Below, in pieces: positions 26,475-38,379 of a DNA stretch of 64,000 nt. This DNA is from Nemertoderma westbladi. Taxonomy: Eukaryota; Animalia; Xenacoelomorpha. The notes beneath the pieces are model-generated. The model was not told the DNA's origin. It worked only from the letters and a program-made list of their open reading frames with translations, and did no database searches. Position numbers and translations under genes: made by a program. The stretch spans positions 48,612-112,611 of the forward strand of contig JAUCBJ010008100.1 of assembly GCA_032718475.1 (NCBI GenBank). The letters are read 5' to 3'. Within the stretch, counting starts at the first letter, position 1. Each line of letters starts with the position of its first letter.

Positions 26475-27994
26475 TAATAATAATAATAATAATATATATT
26501 TATATAGCGCCTTTCTGAACATATTTCAAGGCGCTTAAAAACTATTTGAAACCAACTAAAAAGGCTACGTACAGAGAATTAATTAATAACTAAAAAGTTT
26601 GAACAATATTAAATAAAAATCAGCAATATTCCTCTTTGTACAGGTGAGTTTTGAGTCGCGATTTAAACAGAGTCAGCGTCGTGGCATCTCTAACTTCGTG
26701 CGGGAGGGAGTTCCAGATTGTTGGTGCCGCAATTGAGAACGCCCGTCTCCCGTAATTATGCAAGTAAAACTGCGGTACAAATAGAAGTCCCTTATCAGCA
26801 GACCGTAATTGTCGTGGAGGTACATAGGGAGTTATTAAATGGGTCAAGTAGGCAGGAGCAGCACCATGTAAACACTTGAATGTCAACAAAGCTATTTTAA
26901 ATTTGATCCGTAAATTTACAGGTAACCAATGCAAACGTTTAAGGACTGGAGTGATGTGCTCTTGTTTCTTAACGCCCTCTAGCAGTCGCGCTGCGGAATT
27001 CTGTACATATTGTAATTTTTTGATTGACTTCGAGGGTAATCCATAATATAATGAGTTGTTGCTGTCGAGTTTGTTTGTGACAAAGGCGTGAATTAAGATT
27101 TCAAGGTCATGTCTGCTGAGGTACCGTTTAATTTTAGCCAAACTTCGAAGATGAAGAAATGCATCTCGGACCGTTGTACTTATTTGATTGCTGTATGTCA
27201 GATTTGAATCCACGATGAAACCTATATTACGTGCCTTGTCGCTGCAGCTGATCAGGTCATCCCCTATTTGTATGTTAGGGGGCGTTAGTTGTTTACCGAA
27301 ACGGGACTGCAGAAGGATAATCTCCGTTTTATCTGAGTTCATTTTCAATAAATTACCGGTATCTTCCATCCACTTCTTTACATCGGCCACGCAACGTTCA
27401 GTCACCTCAACAGCGACGGACGAATTAATAGGTTTAAAACTAATGTATAGCTGTGTATCGTCCGCGTACAAATGATACGAGAGGCCGTGGTTGCGAATAA
27501 CATTTGAAAGCGAACGAGTGTATATCGAAAATAATATAGGCCCAAGTACCGATCCAACCGGTTCGAATATTTTGCATTAATGCGAACCTGTTGTGACCTA
27601 TTCGACAAGTACGATCTGAACCAGTCCAGGGCGATTCCCTCAACCCCGATTTCTCGATCTAGAGTGTCCAACAGTTTAACGTGGTCGACCGTGTCGAAGG
27701 CAGCACTAAGGTCTAATAAGACGAGAAGTACTCCCGATCCCGAATCGATTTTGCGTAATATGTCGTCGCTTACCTTAAGCAACGCGGTCTCCGTTCCGTG
27801 TAAGGGTCTGTACGCGCTCTGTAAAGGTTCATACAATTTATTTATGTTCATATGAGTCATCAGCTGGTTTGCAATCACCCTTTCTGTTAACTTTGCTAAC
27901 TATATCAGATTAGACACCGGCCTAAAGTGATATTAACAGTAAGTAACAGTTAACAGTAAGTACTGATATTAACAGTAAGTATTAAGTCACAGTA
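26475..27994 (-). mobile_element. 5'-truncated L2-clade LINE inserted in E0
   Basis: ATTTAA duplicated at 26469-26474 and 27995-28000; 3' stem-loop AGCGCCTT...AAGGCGCT followed by ATATAAAT and an (ATT)n tail; RT remnant. Confidence 0.9.
26620..27930 (-). pseudogene. L2 ORF2 reverse transcriptase, C-terminal half
   Basis: [50 protein letters not shown] frameshifting deletion near 27560 removes the GVPQG motif. Confidence 0.92.
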
Positions 27995-28675
27995 ATTTAA
28001 CAAACTTATGTTTATCCTCTACCGATCTACGATGGTGTATGATCAAGTGTTAGTCGCTAAAAGTGTCAAAAATCCAATTTAATAAATCTGGATTTGCGAT
28101 TTTGGACCATATTCATGGACATTTTTAAGTCACTTTATAGACATAAAAAGTTAAATAAATGTTACGATTATAGTTAGAAATCATTCCAAACTACATTTTA
28201 ATCCAAAAAATAATATTCTACGATGAATAGAACTGGAAATAACAGTGTTTGAAATATCGAAAAAATGTTCACTATTTAAGTGCATTTTGCACTAAGTGCA
28301 CATAAGTCTTTTCCCAAGTTTTATCCTATTTCACACACTACAATCTATCTTCTATCCAATGAAAAAAGTTTCAGATCAAACGGCCCAGTAGAACTGAAGT
28401 TATTTATGTTTAAAAATAGTCACTCGAAAATTTCAAATTCTCTTGGTGGGATAAATATTTCTCCATTTGACGCAACACCGCCGCGGCCGCTATGAGGGAG
28501 GTGAATACCGCGGCCGCTCCTAAAGCCGCAGGCCATCGCTAACTATATAGGTTAACTTGGGATTCTGGGGGACTTTTCGATGAAGGAACAGACCAATTTT
28601 TTTTATTTTCGCACCAGGGGAGCGACTCGGAATTCTAAGATATTAGCCACTCTAACATTAGCAAATCTATCCCCT

Positions 28676-29814
28676 TGTAAAAGCTTTTGCGTAATTAGCC
28701 GGTTATTTTCCCCGTAAAGTACTCTGTGGTTGGTTTACCAGGCATAAAAAGGCCGTGTCCTTGCTGTACTGGTGTTTTAGAGGACATAAAAGCCATTTCT
28801 TCTGTATGTGTACTTTAGAGGACATAATCCGCAATTTCGTGATGCAATAAGCTAGATACTCTTGAAAACAGTGTCGCTACCATGACGACGGCTAACAGCT
28901 GATATTGCCACGTCGACATTTCTTTGTTTCTTTGTTCTCTCGTTGTTCGGTCGACCAATCAGAGCGTTTTTTGTCTCTGTGTTGGAGGTGGATACAGAAA
29001 CTCAGGAATTCAGTGTTATGTTTTTGCCCAGAGCCTAAGAACACTGGCTTTTGGCACCTCCGTGTTTCAGTCTTTAGCTTAACATTAGTAGGCTTAATTA
29101 TAGAACGTATATCTGTTATCAATGCTTACTTAACACATCATACATATCTTACTTAACATTACTGCTTTGCTGTCGGTTATTCATTATATTTGGTGATGGA
29201 ATATTATATTCGGAATACTGATAAAGACACCCCAATCTTCTTGATATACTAAAGGTTAGAGAGACCGGTTACATATAAACGATTGCGACTTATGTTAAGT
29301 GGTTTGAAGTGAATCTAATGCTATTTTATAGGCCCTACATGTATTGTCTGTTATTCTCTTTGTATGTGACTAAAATTAGTGAAGGTCGGCAGATTGGTGT
29401 GCAGCATTGTGCAGCATTGTGTATGATTGTAACTGATAACAAAGCATCTCCTAAAGAATGCGCCATATACGTTAATCTATAGCCATTCCGTTGTGTCTAG
29501 TTTAAGTCATAACTCTGTTTACATATTTAGAGCGCCACGTCCTAAAGGAACTGTTAATATTTCCCGAAAGTGAATAATATTTGTCAGAGATTATATATTA
29601 CGATCAGTCGAATAATACAGTAGGCTTACACCATCAATCATTAAGCTTCCGAATTCAGTCTCCCGGGTATATCCAGCGGGTGAATGATTGCGCATAGACT
29701 GGCTTCGGCTAATGTAGTGTATCAAATACTCGTCATAGGCTAAAGACTATCTATCATCTAAAAGACATCCTAATTTGGCAGGTTAAACTGTCAAAGGTCT
29801 TAAAAGCGCAAACA
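28676..29814 (+). repeat. 5' LTR of BEL copy B
   Basis: TGTAAAAGC...GCGCAAACA; about 99% identical to 55845-56989; contains a CCAAT box. Confidence 0.96.
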
Positions 29815-32074
29815 ATAACAGATATTTGGTTCTGATTGCAGTGTAGGCAATAAATACAGTTTAATATTGTTTTGGTAAAAACAATAACAGATATTGCTTC
29901 TGGATTGCGGCGTAAGCAATCAAGTCGAAAGTACCGGTCGACCGGTAACCAGTAGGCCTGACTGCCTGATCACCCGAACCGGTACTTACAGTACAGGTAC
30001 AGCAGTATTATTCGATTTTGATAATTATATACCGGTAGGCCTTAATAATTAATCAGGGACTGCAGCCCTGGTTTTTTATTGAGATTTTACTTATTTCTGT
30101 CAGTTTTATTTATTTGTAGGCCAGTATTGAGCAGAAGGCGTGTAAGCTTGCTCAGTCTATACAGACAATTGTAGGCTGGACTGTTGTTGTCTGGCTGTTG
30201 TTGGGTCTGAACGGATTGCAGTGTGTGTAGAGTCTGTCCGATAAAGTACGGTTAGGAAGTAGGGGCAGCCAGAGCTGTAAGGTCAATCCCCACCTAAAGA
30301 CTAAGTCGTACTACCGTGTTAGAACGCATACTAACCATTTTGGAATCTGCACATACTGTAGTTTATTTAGGCTTGATAGTAGTCTGCCAGCGTTTGGTCT
30401 GTACTTTGTTTGTGTAGTCTGTACGGGTAGCGTATAATTTTATTTAGATAATTTGTAGGCTGGATAGTTGTCTGACTGTTGTTGGGTTTGAGGAAATTTC
30501 GGTGTGTGTAGAGCATCTGTCCGATCAAGTGCTAGTTGGGAACGTAGGGGCTTCAAGTGCTGTGAGGTAAACCCCCTGTGAAAGAATAAGTCGTACTACT
30601 GGGTTAGAACGCATACTAACTAATCATTTCGGAGTCTGCATATACCGTAGTTTGTTTAGGCTTGATAGTAGTCTGTCAGTATTTGGTCTGCATTTTGTTT
30701 GAATAGTCTGTACGCGTAGCGTAATATTTATTATTCAGAGTTTATGCTATTATTCGCAACATTCATTCCCCAAGTTTATTCCTACAGTAATTGTGTATGT
30801 TATACATACCGTTATAGTTAAACTAACCCCGGTACTACATCAGGGCTGCTCGGCGTAGGTAAAGACTGGAGATTTTGTGCTTTGGTCACTCCGGCAGATA
30901 CCGTGGTTCTTTTAGCTGTTCAAGTATTTTTAACTACTAATTATTTGTTGTACAAGTACTTGTACCTAATTTAGGGTTTAGTGTACAGTACTTTCCGAAG
31001 GTGATTAGTGTGTAGGCAGTATATTTTATTTGTGTTGTAAAGTGGTTAATAGGCACGTTGGTTCTGGTAGACCGCGGTAATTAATCTCTAGGTAGGAACA
31101 CTCCGTGATACATAACGTAGTACCTATAGCGATACGGTTATAGGTCGTCAGGCGTTGGTATTTTCCTATCTGGACAACGCAGTATATTTACTACTACTTG
31201 TTATTTTCAAATACCGTAGTAACCTGTCCGTTGAAATAACCAGATATTCTAACCCTTTGTTAGGCTGGTTAGTAGACTTCTTGTAAAATTACCCTAAAAA
31301 TTCGTATTTGTGTATTTGTAATTAAATTTTTGTGTTTATTTAGAGATTGTAATCTCAACCCGAATTGTACGTAATTTGTAGTATTAAGTAACTTAGGTAA
31401 ATTAGAATTATTTGTTTTAGTGTCTAACAAGTAGCACTCCACTGAGAGCGCACAGCTTATGTGTAGTGACTCCCCCAGAAATAATAACATTTATTTCAAA
31501 CATTGACAAAACCCATTAAACGGGTATAGATATATTATAAATCAACTCAAACGATTTATAAATAGTAGGCCTGCCATACAACAATTAGGTCTCAATATCA
31601 GTTGGACTACTGCTTAAATAACGGTAATAAAGTAAGTTAAAGTAACCAAGTAACCCTTAAATTTCAGAAATTCAATTATTCTAAAATAATTGATATACCG
31701 GTATTTACAATAGGCTTATTATCTTTATTTTTATAAATATAGGCTGAAATTATACCGGTATTCTGTAATTAATTCTAGTCTGTAATTATACTTATATATA
31801 CACATTATAAGTGTAAGCTGTATACCGGTATTCAAGATAGGCCTATTATATATATAAATTTAGGCTGAAATCATACCGGTATTCTGTAATTAATTCTAGT
31901 TACTAATAATACTTATATATACTATAAGCATACCGGTATTCTAATATTATATATATATCACGCTACACTGAGTAGCAGTATCGGTAATTAATTACTAGGC
32001 TAGCAGTTAATGCTGAATTACTAGACTTGCTTAGACTGTAATATAGCAGTAGGCATTCAACTGTACAATCAAAC

Positions 32075-35000
32075 ATGTCTGACACAAAACAAACATTGTC
32101 AGATAGCCTCTTAGAAAGTGCTAGAATGAGTGTTAGACAGGGTCTTAAAAAGATCTGGGACTCAGCTAAGAGTATAGAGCGTCTGAGACCAAAGTCCAAG
32201 TCCCCTCCTACTGTAAGCAAGGTCATCCCTACAGTAGTAATATCAGAACCTAGGCTGGTCCAACATCGTAGGTCTATCATAGGCACTCGAGCGCAGGTCA
32301 AGCGGGACCAAGAAGCATCGGAACAGCAACAACCCGCGAGCCGAGAATTTATTCCTCAGCGGCCCGACAGCTCCAGTAGTGAGGATACTGTAGAGCTGAC
32401 ACCCGAGCGCGGAGCAAAGATGACGGATGCGATTTATTCGGATCCCCTTCTCATCCTTCCTGCAGCCGTACTCACTAGGTTATTGATTGCGGTGGAAGAA
32501 CACCAGATCGATTGGGCGAGAAGTAAGCGATCGACTAAAGATAGTTATGCGGGATATACAAGGGAAGAACTGAAGTCTATTGTCGAGTCGCAATGGAACT
32601 TCCCCGGACCCGGACTCCCGTTTGATTTATCAGAAGCTGCCTGGGAAGATATACACAGGATGGGAGTAACCAAGGAAACCGTCGATCCAGCTGTGTGGAA
32701 GAGGTCCGCAGCCGGATACGCACAGGGATTCTTCAGCTCTATGGAGCGACTAAAAGAACAACTGTTTCAACAACCACAAGGACCTCAAGAGCAGGGACAA
32801 CTGCTTTATCAAGTTAGAGAAAGAATTCTGCGAATTAGGCTAATCTTATTGGCCTTTGAGGAGGCTTCTAAAAGAAGACAAGACACGTCGTTGCAAGTTG
32901 CCTTAAAGACTTGGTTTCAGCGGGTGAGTCTCCAGGTTCAAGGAACAGCTCAGTGGAAAGCTCAGCTGGAGGAGCGCTCAACCCATGGAGAATCAACAGA
33001 CGCTACTTTTTCCCAAGTGGAAAGTGAAGCGACGGCAGAGAAACCACATAAGAGGGATGCCATTGACATCTATCTGTCAGACTATCAGCGTTTTTTAGGA
33101 GATGAAGAGTTGAGGAGAAGGTTAGATGGACTTAGCCCTAATAGTGAAGGAGCCCAGCGTGTGTTGGACTCAATTGATGTGGATAGGTTAGTGGTGAACC
33201 AAGCTAAATTCGATGAACAACTCCGCATCGCTAGAGTCCAAGAAGAACAGGTGAAGAAAAAACGTATAGAAGACAGAAAGAAAGCAGCAGTAGCAGCTGC
33301 GGAAGCGGAAAGGAAAGCAGCCGAAGAGGAAAGTAAAGCAGCCGAAATGGAAAGAAAAGCGGCAGTGGCAGCGGCAGCGGCAGAGGCAGAAGCGAAAAGA
33401 AAAGCAGCCGAAATGGAAAGAAAAGCGGCAATGGCAGCGGCAGAAGCAGAGCGGATAGCGGCTGAAGAGATCGCCCAATTAGAATTGGAAAATATTCAGG
33501 AGAATCAAGACTGCATAAATAAACAGTTAACAGCTAGTAATATGCAGATGATGAATCGATCTACTCCCAAAAGACAGGGATATACATCATCTGAGGAAGG
33601 CGATACCACCGATACTGAAGGCAAAGGAAATAGATCTCACCTAAGCAGACGTAAAAGAACATCCCACCGTCAGAAATTGCCTGATTTGCCTCCAGCTGTT
33701 AGAAGGCAACTAAATAACACCAACTTGGGTAGTACAGAACCCACAGACCAAATAATTACAATAGAAAGACTCCCTGCTATAGTAGATGAGCCTGAAATAA
33801 TTAGGCCTGTTCCCGAAGCCACCGTTTCGGTGGTAGAGACACCTGTACTCCCTGAACCTACCTCTAAATTCCCTTTGCACAGTACCAAGCTACCTGTGCC
33901 CAGCAGAACAGCCCATGAGACAGTTCATGCCCTGGACTCCGAGCGAAATATTCATGATTTGTCGCCCGTTGTCCCTCGTCCGCCCGCTACAACGTTGGCG
34001 AATCCCGCTTCGGCGGTCGAATGGGTGGATGAGAGACGACGGGGGATGGATCTCCTGCTCGGACAGATGCAGGAGACCGTTCAGCAATTCAAGGGCACAG
34101 TAAGGGAAAGTAGGTTAGAGTTGCAAGAAGTGCAGCAAAGTATCGCGCTAGAACGCGATAAATTAGTAAATACACAAAAGGGTATACCACCACCCCCTGT
34201 AACAATGTGTCAACCTGTTAGGTCTGAAGTATCTCATACGCAAGGTGTGGAGCCTACACGCATATATACTGCTAGCGAAGTAGAAACTCCTATAGTGAAC
34301 CCTATTAAGGGTAATTATAGACCTGTTGATAATGATATTCCCTATAGACCTGATCATAATCCGAGAAATTTATATACCGATAACTCGATATTAAATAACA
34401 CGATGGCCCAAGAAAGTTTTACGCGTCAAATAGCTAGAACCGAAGCCCGACAAGCGGTAAAGGTGGGAGAGATAGTCAAGTTCAATGGAGATGAGATGAA
34501 ATGGTTACCTTTTAATGAATATTATAAAGATAACATACAGAACTCTGTACTATCTAATGGAGAGAAACTTAGATTCCTCATCGAGTGCTTGGAAGGATCT
34601 CCCAAGTTAATGGCGTTAAAGTTTATTGGACATCCAGACGGATTAAGACAAGTTTGGGATACACTAAACATCAGGTATGGTAATAGGAATAACATAGCTA
34701 GGTATTTGTATGCAAAATTAATGGCGCCCCGAAAGTTTCTTAGCAGCGGGATTATAGAGTTTTCCGATGAGATTCAGGAGATCTGTAGACAATTAGATTG
34801 GCTAGGTAAGTCTTATGAATACCAGAATTCTATGGTTGTAGGAGCCTTAGCATCTACTTTGCCCAAGGGTGGAGTAGGTACACGCTGGGACAAGAAAGTG
34901 TTATATATGATGGAACAACAACGACGAGACCCTACCATGACTGATCTCATGTCATTCTTAGATAGAGAAGTGAAATTACAGCTCCTAAGGCAGTCCAGAG

Positions 35001-36742
35001 AGAAGACACTGGAAAACAAGGTAAGTGAGAAACCCGTTTCTAGGAGAAGGGTAACACCAGTGTGTTATACAGACGATGGCGAAAGCCAGACTTCTCAAGG
35101 AGAGGATAGTGGGAAAGACACTGAAAGATCTTATTATGTCAATAAAACGCCTAAAGACCAGGTAAGTAAATTCAAGTCTCGAACCAATGACAGGAGAGAA
35201 CAGGTAAGAAAAACTCCTCCTACGTCTCCCAAGAGAATTCAGGTGAGAAAGCCCGAGGAAAGAACGAACGTGCACCACACAGCACATGTTAAAGTAAGTA
35301 ACATCAAGCCCAAATGTGTGCTGTGCGATGGGCCCCACCGTTTAAGTGCGTGTGATGAATTCCTGAGGAAATCACTAAAGGACAGACGTGAAGTCATGTG
35401 GGATAAGCGGTTGTGTTATAATTGTCTCAGACGAGGACACCAACGGCGAACCTGTTACTCCGACACAAGGTGTGCAAAGTGCGGTGCGAAACATCATATC
35501 TTGTTGCACACTGAATTCGAGCGAAATAGTCCGAGTCAGGTAAGTGATTCCGAACTACATGTCCAATTCAGTGATGTGAACGACACTGATCAATCTGAGA
35601 TGGAAGGATTCTATACGGACGAGTTCTCCGACGAAAACGAATCCTGTTACATGATAAATACCGCAGTGTATCGAGCACTCACGTATGAAAAAGATACAGA
35701 CAGCGACCTCACTCTAACTACTTCTGATCGACAACCATCTTGGAAAGCGCCACCTTCCAATGTAGGAATCCGAGAATTTCCTGTAGTACAGGTAAGGGTC
35801 CATGGACCTAAAAGGAGTTATGTAGTGAACGCCCTCCTTGACTCCGGTAGCACAGGAACATTCATCGACAAAGAACTAGCCGAAGACATCTTTGCTGGAC
35901 AACCCAAGTTCCGAACTAAGCTAAACATGTCAGGAATTATGCAAGTTTGGAAATCTACCGTAATAGCGGATTATTATGTAGGCGCGTTGTCCACCCCCCA
36001 GGATGAACTAGGAGAACACAGCATAAGGTCAGTGAAAATGGTAGCGATAAAGAACTTCGCGACCAGCCAAGTGGAACCTTATAACTGGGATGAGGACGAT
36101 TTCACCCAGCAGTTTGGAATACCTAGATTCAACACCGATTACCCTGGAGTCCAAATACTCATCGGTCAAAATGCGCATGAAGCGCTCGAGACATTGGAGA
36201 AACGGCCTGCTCAACCGCAACCTCTACAAGTTTATGCGGGAAGAACTAGAGTAGGTTGGTACTTTACTGGCCCTTCTCGTAGAACTCTTATGGAAAGATT
36301 ACCAAAAGAACAGGTATATCGATTAAGTGAACGGGAAGTGGAGAGCAGTGAAGTTGACGACCCAACTGAGGGAACACCATACTCCTCAGATAATGACGAT
36401 ATCAACTCCAATGTAGATCAATGGAGACATTGCCCCGAGACGATCAATCTAGCCGACATCGCTTCCAGAGGAGCAACTCCTCAAGAACTGATAGATACTC
36501 CAGTGTGGTTAGGTGGACCCGACTTCCTAAGTAAAGAAGATGAATGGCCTCCTCATCTTACCCCGGCTAAGATTAGACAAGCCAAGGGAGCGGAGAAAGT
36601 AACACAACCACTCAATCACCCAGCTGGTCGTTTATGTTTACTGGAAAGAGACCGAAAACTGTCTGGAAACTATGGAAGGCAAGATACTCTTCCCACGACC
36701 ACTTCCCTAATCCGACAAATATCTAGGGACTCCATAATGTAA
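32075..36742 (+). CDS. BEL/Pao Gag-protease polyprotein lacking RT, most RNase H and integrase (1555 aa)
   Basis: Gag core (KFNGDEMKW...EKLRFLIECLEG), three BEL Cys/His knuckles (CVLC..H..C, CYNC..H..C, CAKC..HH..H), protease LLDSGS, then an RNase H tail (WRHCP..N.ADIASRG) and the pol C-terminus. Confidence 0.93.
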   Translation: MSDTKQTLSDSLLESARMSVRQGLKKIWDSAKSIERLRPKSKSPPTVSKVIPTVVISEPRLVQHRRSIIGTRAQVKRDQEASEQQQPASREFIPQRPDSSSSEDTVELTPERGAKMTDAIYSDPLLILPAAVLTRLLIAVEEHQIDWARSKRSTKDSYAGYTREELKSIVESQWNFPGPGLPFDLSEAAWEDIHRMGVTKETVDPAVWKRSAAGYAQGFFSSMERLKEQLFQQPQGPQEQGQLLYQVRERILRIRLILLAFEEASKRRQDTSLQVALKTWFQRVSLQVQGTAQWKAQLEERSTHGESTDATFSQVESEATAEKPHKRDAIDIYLSDYQRFLGDEELRRRLDGLSPNSEGAQRVLDSIDVDRLVVNQAKFDEQLRIARVQEEQVKKKRIEDRKKAAVAAAEAERKAAEEESKAAEMERKAAVAAAAAEAEAKRKAAEMERKAAMAAAEAERIAAEEIAQLELENIQENQDCINKQLTASNMQMMNRSTPKRQGYTSSEEGDTTDTEGKGNRSHLSRRKRTSHRQKLPDLPPAVRRQLNNTNLGSTEPTDQIITIERLPAIVDEPEIIRPVPEATVSVVETPVLPEPTSKFPLHSTKLPVPSRTAHETVHALDSERNIHDLSPVVPRPPATTLANPASAVEWVDERRRGMDLLLGQMQETVQQFKGTVRESRLELQEVQQSIALERDKLVNTQKGIPPPPVTMCQPVRSEVSHTQGVEPTRIYTASEVETPIVNPIKGNYRPVDNDIPYRPDHNPRNLYTDNSILNNTMAQESFTRQIARTEARQAVKVGEIVKFNGDEMKWLPFNEYYKDNIQNSVLSNGEKLRFLIECLEGSPKLMALKFIGHPDGLRQVWDTLNIRYGNRNNIARYLYAKLMAPRKFLSSGIIEFSDEIQEICRQLDWLGKSYEYQNSMVVGALASTLPKGGVGTRWDKKVLYMMEQQRRDPTMTDLMSFLDREVKLQLLRQSREKTLENKVSEKPVSRRRVTPVCYTDDGESQTSQGEDSGKDTERSYYVNKTPKDQVSKFKSRTNDRREQVRKTPPTSPKRIQVRKPEERTNVHHTAHVKVSNIKPKCVLCDGPHRLSACDEFLRKSLKDRREVMWDKRLCYNCLRRGHQRRTCYSDTRCAKCGAKHHILLHTEFERNSPSQVSDSELHVQFSDVNDTDQSEMEGFYTDEFSDENESCYMINTAVYRALTYEKDTDSDLTLTTSDRQPSWKAPPSNVGIREFPVVQVRVHGPKRSYVVNALLDSGSTGTFIDKELAEDIFAGQPKFRTKLNMSGIMQVWKSTVIADYYVGALSTPQDELGEHSIRSVKMVAIKNFATSQVEPYNWDEDDFTQQFGIPRFNTDYPGVQILIGQNAHEALETLEKRPAQPQPLQVYAGRTRVGWYFTGPSRRTLMERLPKEQVYRLSEREVESSEVDDPTEGTPYSSDNDDINSNVDQWRHCPETINLADIASRGATPQELIDTPVWLGGPDFLSKEDEWPPHLTPAKIRQAKGAEKVTQPLNHPAGRLCLLERDRKLSGNYGRQDTLPTTTSLIRQISRDSIM

Positions 36743-38379
36743 CAACATATGGAGCGGGTGTGTGACTATATTATTTATATTTGTTTTTTATTATTTTATA
36801 TTATGTATGTATTATTATGTAATTTTATTATAATCGTTTTCTTTAATTTTATTTAGTAGAATGTTATTTAGTGATTATTTAGTAGATTAGTGCAATATAT
36901 TAGTGTTTATTACTTAATTACTTATATATTATATTTAGTGCGATGGCGAGAAATAATTATTTTTCTCTTTCCTTGCTGCCCGTATTACATTACGAATACG
37001 TTACGAATACAATACGTCCGTACTTATTAAAGTACAATAAAGCCACTACTATATTCAAGTATTATTGGTAGGCAGAGTATTAGGAATGCAAAGTTCAGAT
37101 CCTCGTGTCTCGGCTAAACCAAGCTCTGGGTAGACCTTGGAAACGACTTGCCTCTTCTCACTGACATTGCTTCGTGCGATATTGCTCTCATACCGTATAT
37201 TAAATAATACATATAGTAGCATGATGTCCCTTTAACAGTAGCGTACAACGCAAATAAATCTGTTAAACCCTTTGACCATCTGTAATTCTAGTCGATTAAG
37301 ATATCGCGGCACCCACCGATATACTTGAAAGACAAAATTCTAGAATCAGTGGTTAACGTCCCCAGACAAGTTCTGGAATAAACTGGTGCCCATCCTAAAT
37401 ATTAATTATTAATATTTACAAAATCTGTCAAATTTTAGATCCTTAAACATTCTAGTCGATTAAGATATCGTAGCACTTACCGATACTCTTAAAAAGACAA
37501 ATTCATAGAATCAAGGATCATATGTCCCCAGATATGCTCTGGAATCAAATTGTGTCAATTTAACTATCAAATAATAAAATTTCAGGGAATAAATTTAAAT
37601 TCATACTTTAATGAATTTAATAAATTGCAATTTTATACAATTTATAACATTCCCAAAATTCCATTAATTAATAGATCATGGGAGCGGAGATTCACTATAT
37701 TAAGTGTATTTGTGTGTGAGAATCTCCAATGTATAGTCAATAGCCGATAAAATTCATAAAATCATATATAGAGAGGATATTGACAATTAAAGAATTACTA
37801 TTAAATAGCATCCCAGATCTGTATGCATGAGAATTACCCTAATTCTACCGCTAGCTTTCCATAATGTCACCATGGCAACAACCACGCTAGAATTAGAAGT
37901 GAGTTAAAAGAACAATAAAGGGCTTGCGCATTGAATAGCATACGGAATAAATAGCACACCGCTAGTATCCAAGGATACATAATAACAACGTGACATTCTG
38001 GAAGGCACTTGACTAACGGACAAATGACCCGAATGTGTGATAGAATGTGTACCATTTGTGACTGTTACGTGGAATTTGTGCGTTTGTAGGTGAATGTTAC
38101 TACTAAGGTGTGTTTACAGTAGCGAGTCGCAATTGTGAAAGTAACCCTAACTCTCCAGTAAGAACCTGAAGTATATCTAAGCCTTTGGGACGGACGGTGG
38201 AGTGGCTCGTGCTGGTTGTTGTAGTCGTTGTGCAGCTACGACGTTGGCGATAGGCACATCGGCGAAAGTACACCAGCGCTGAGGATCTCGCACTGTCCGG
38301 GGGCAGAGAGGGGTAGGCAGCGACGCCCGCTCGCCTAAATATAAACTCATTATAATATGGATAAACTTATATAGCAGAT

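Noticed and set aside
28892-29156. Short ORFs in LTRs, leaders and element E (also 39376, 54067, 56061, 23329, 60955 and others)
   Set aside because: They recur only because the DNA is repeated; frames are not conserved between subfamilies and no domains are seen.
36400-36610. Copy B deletions as spliced-out introns
   Set aside because: Junctions compared with copy C do not fit clean GT..AG removal.
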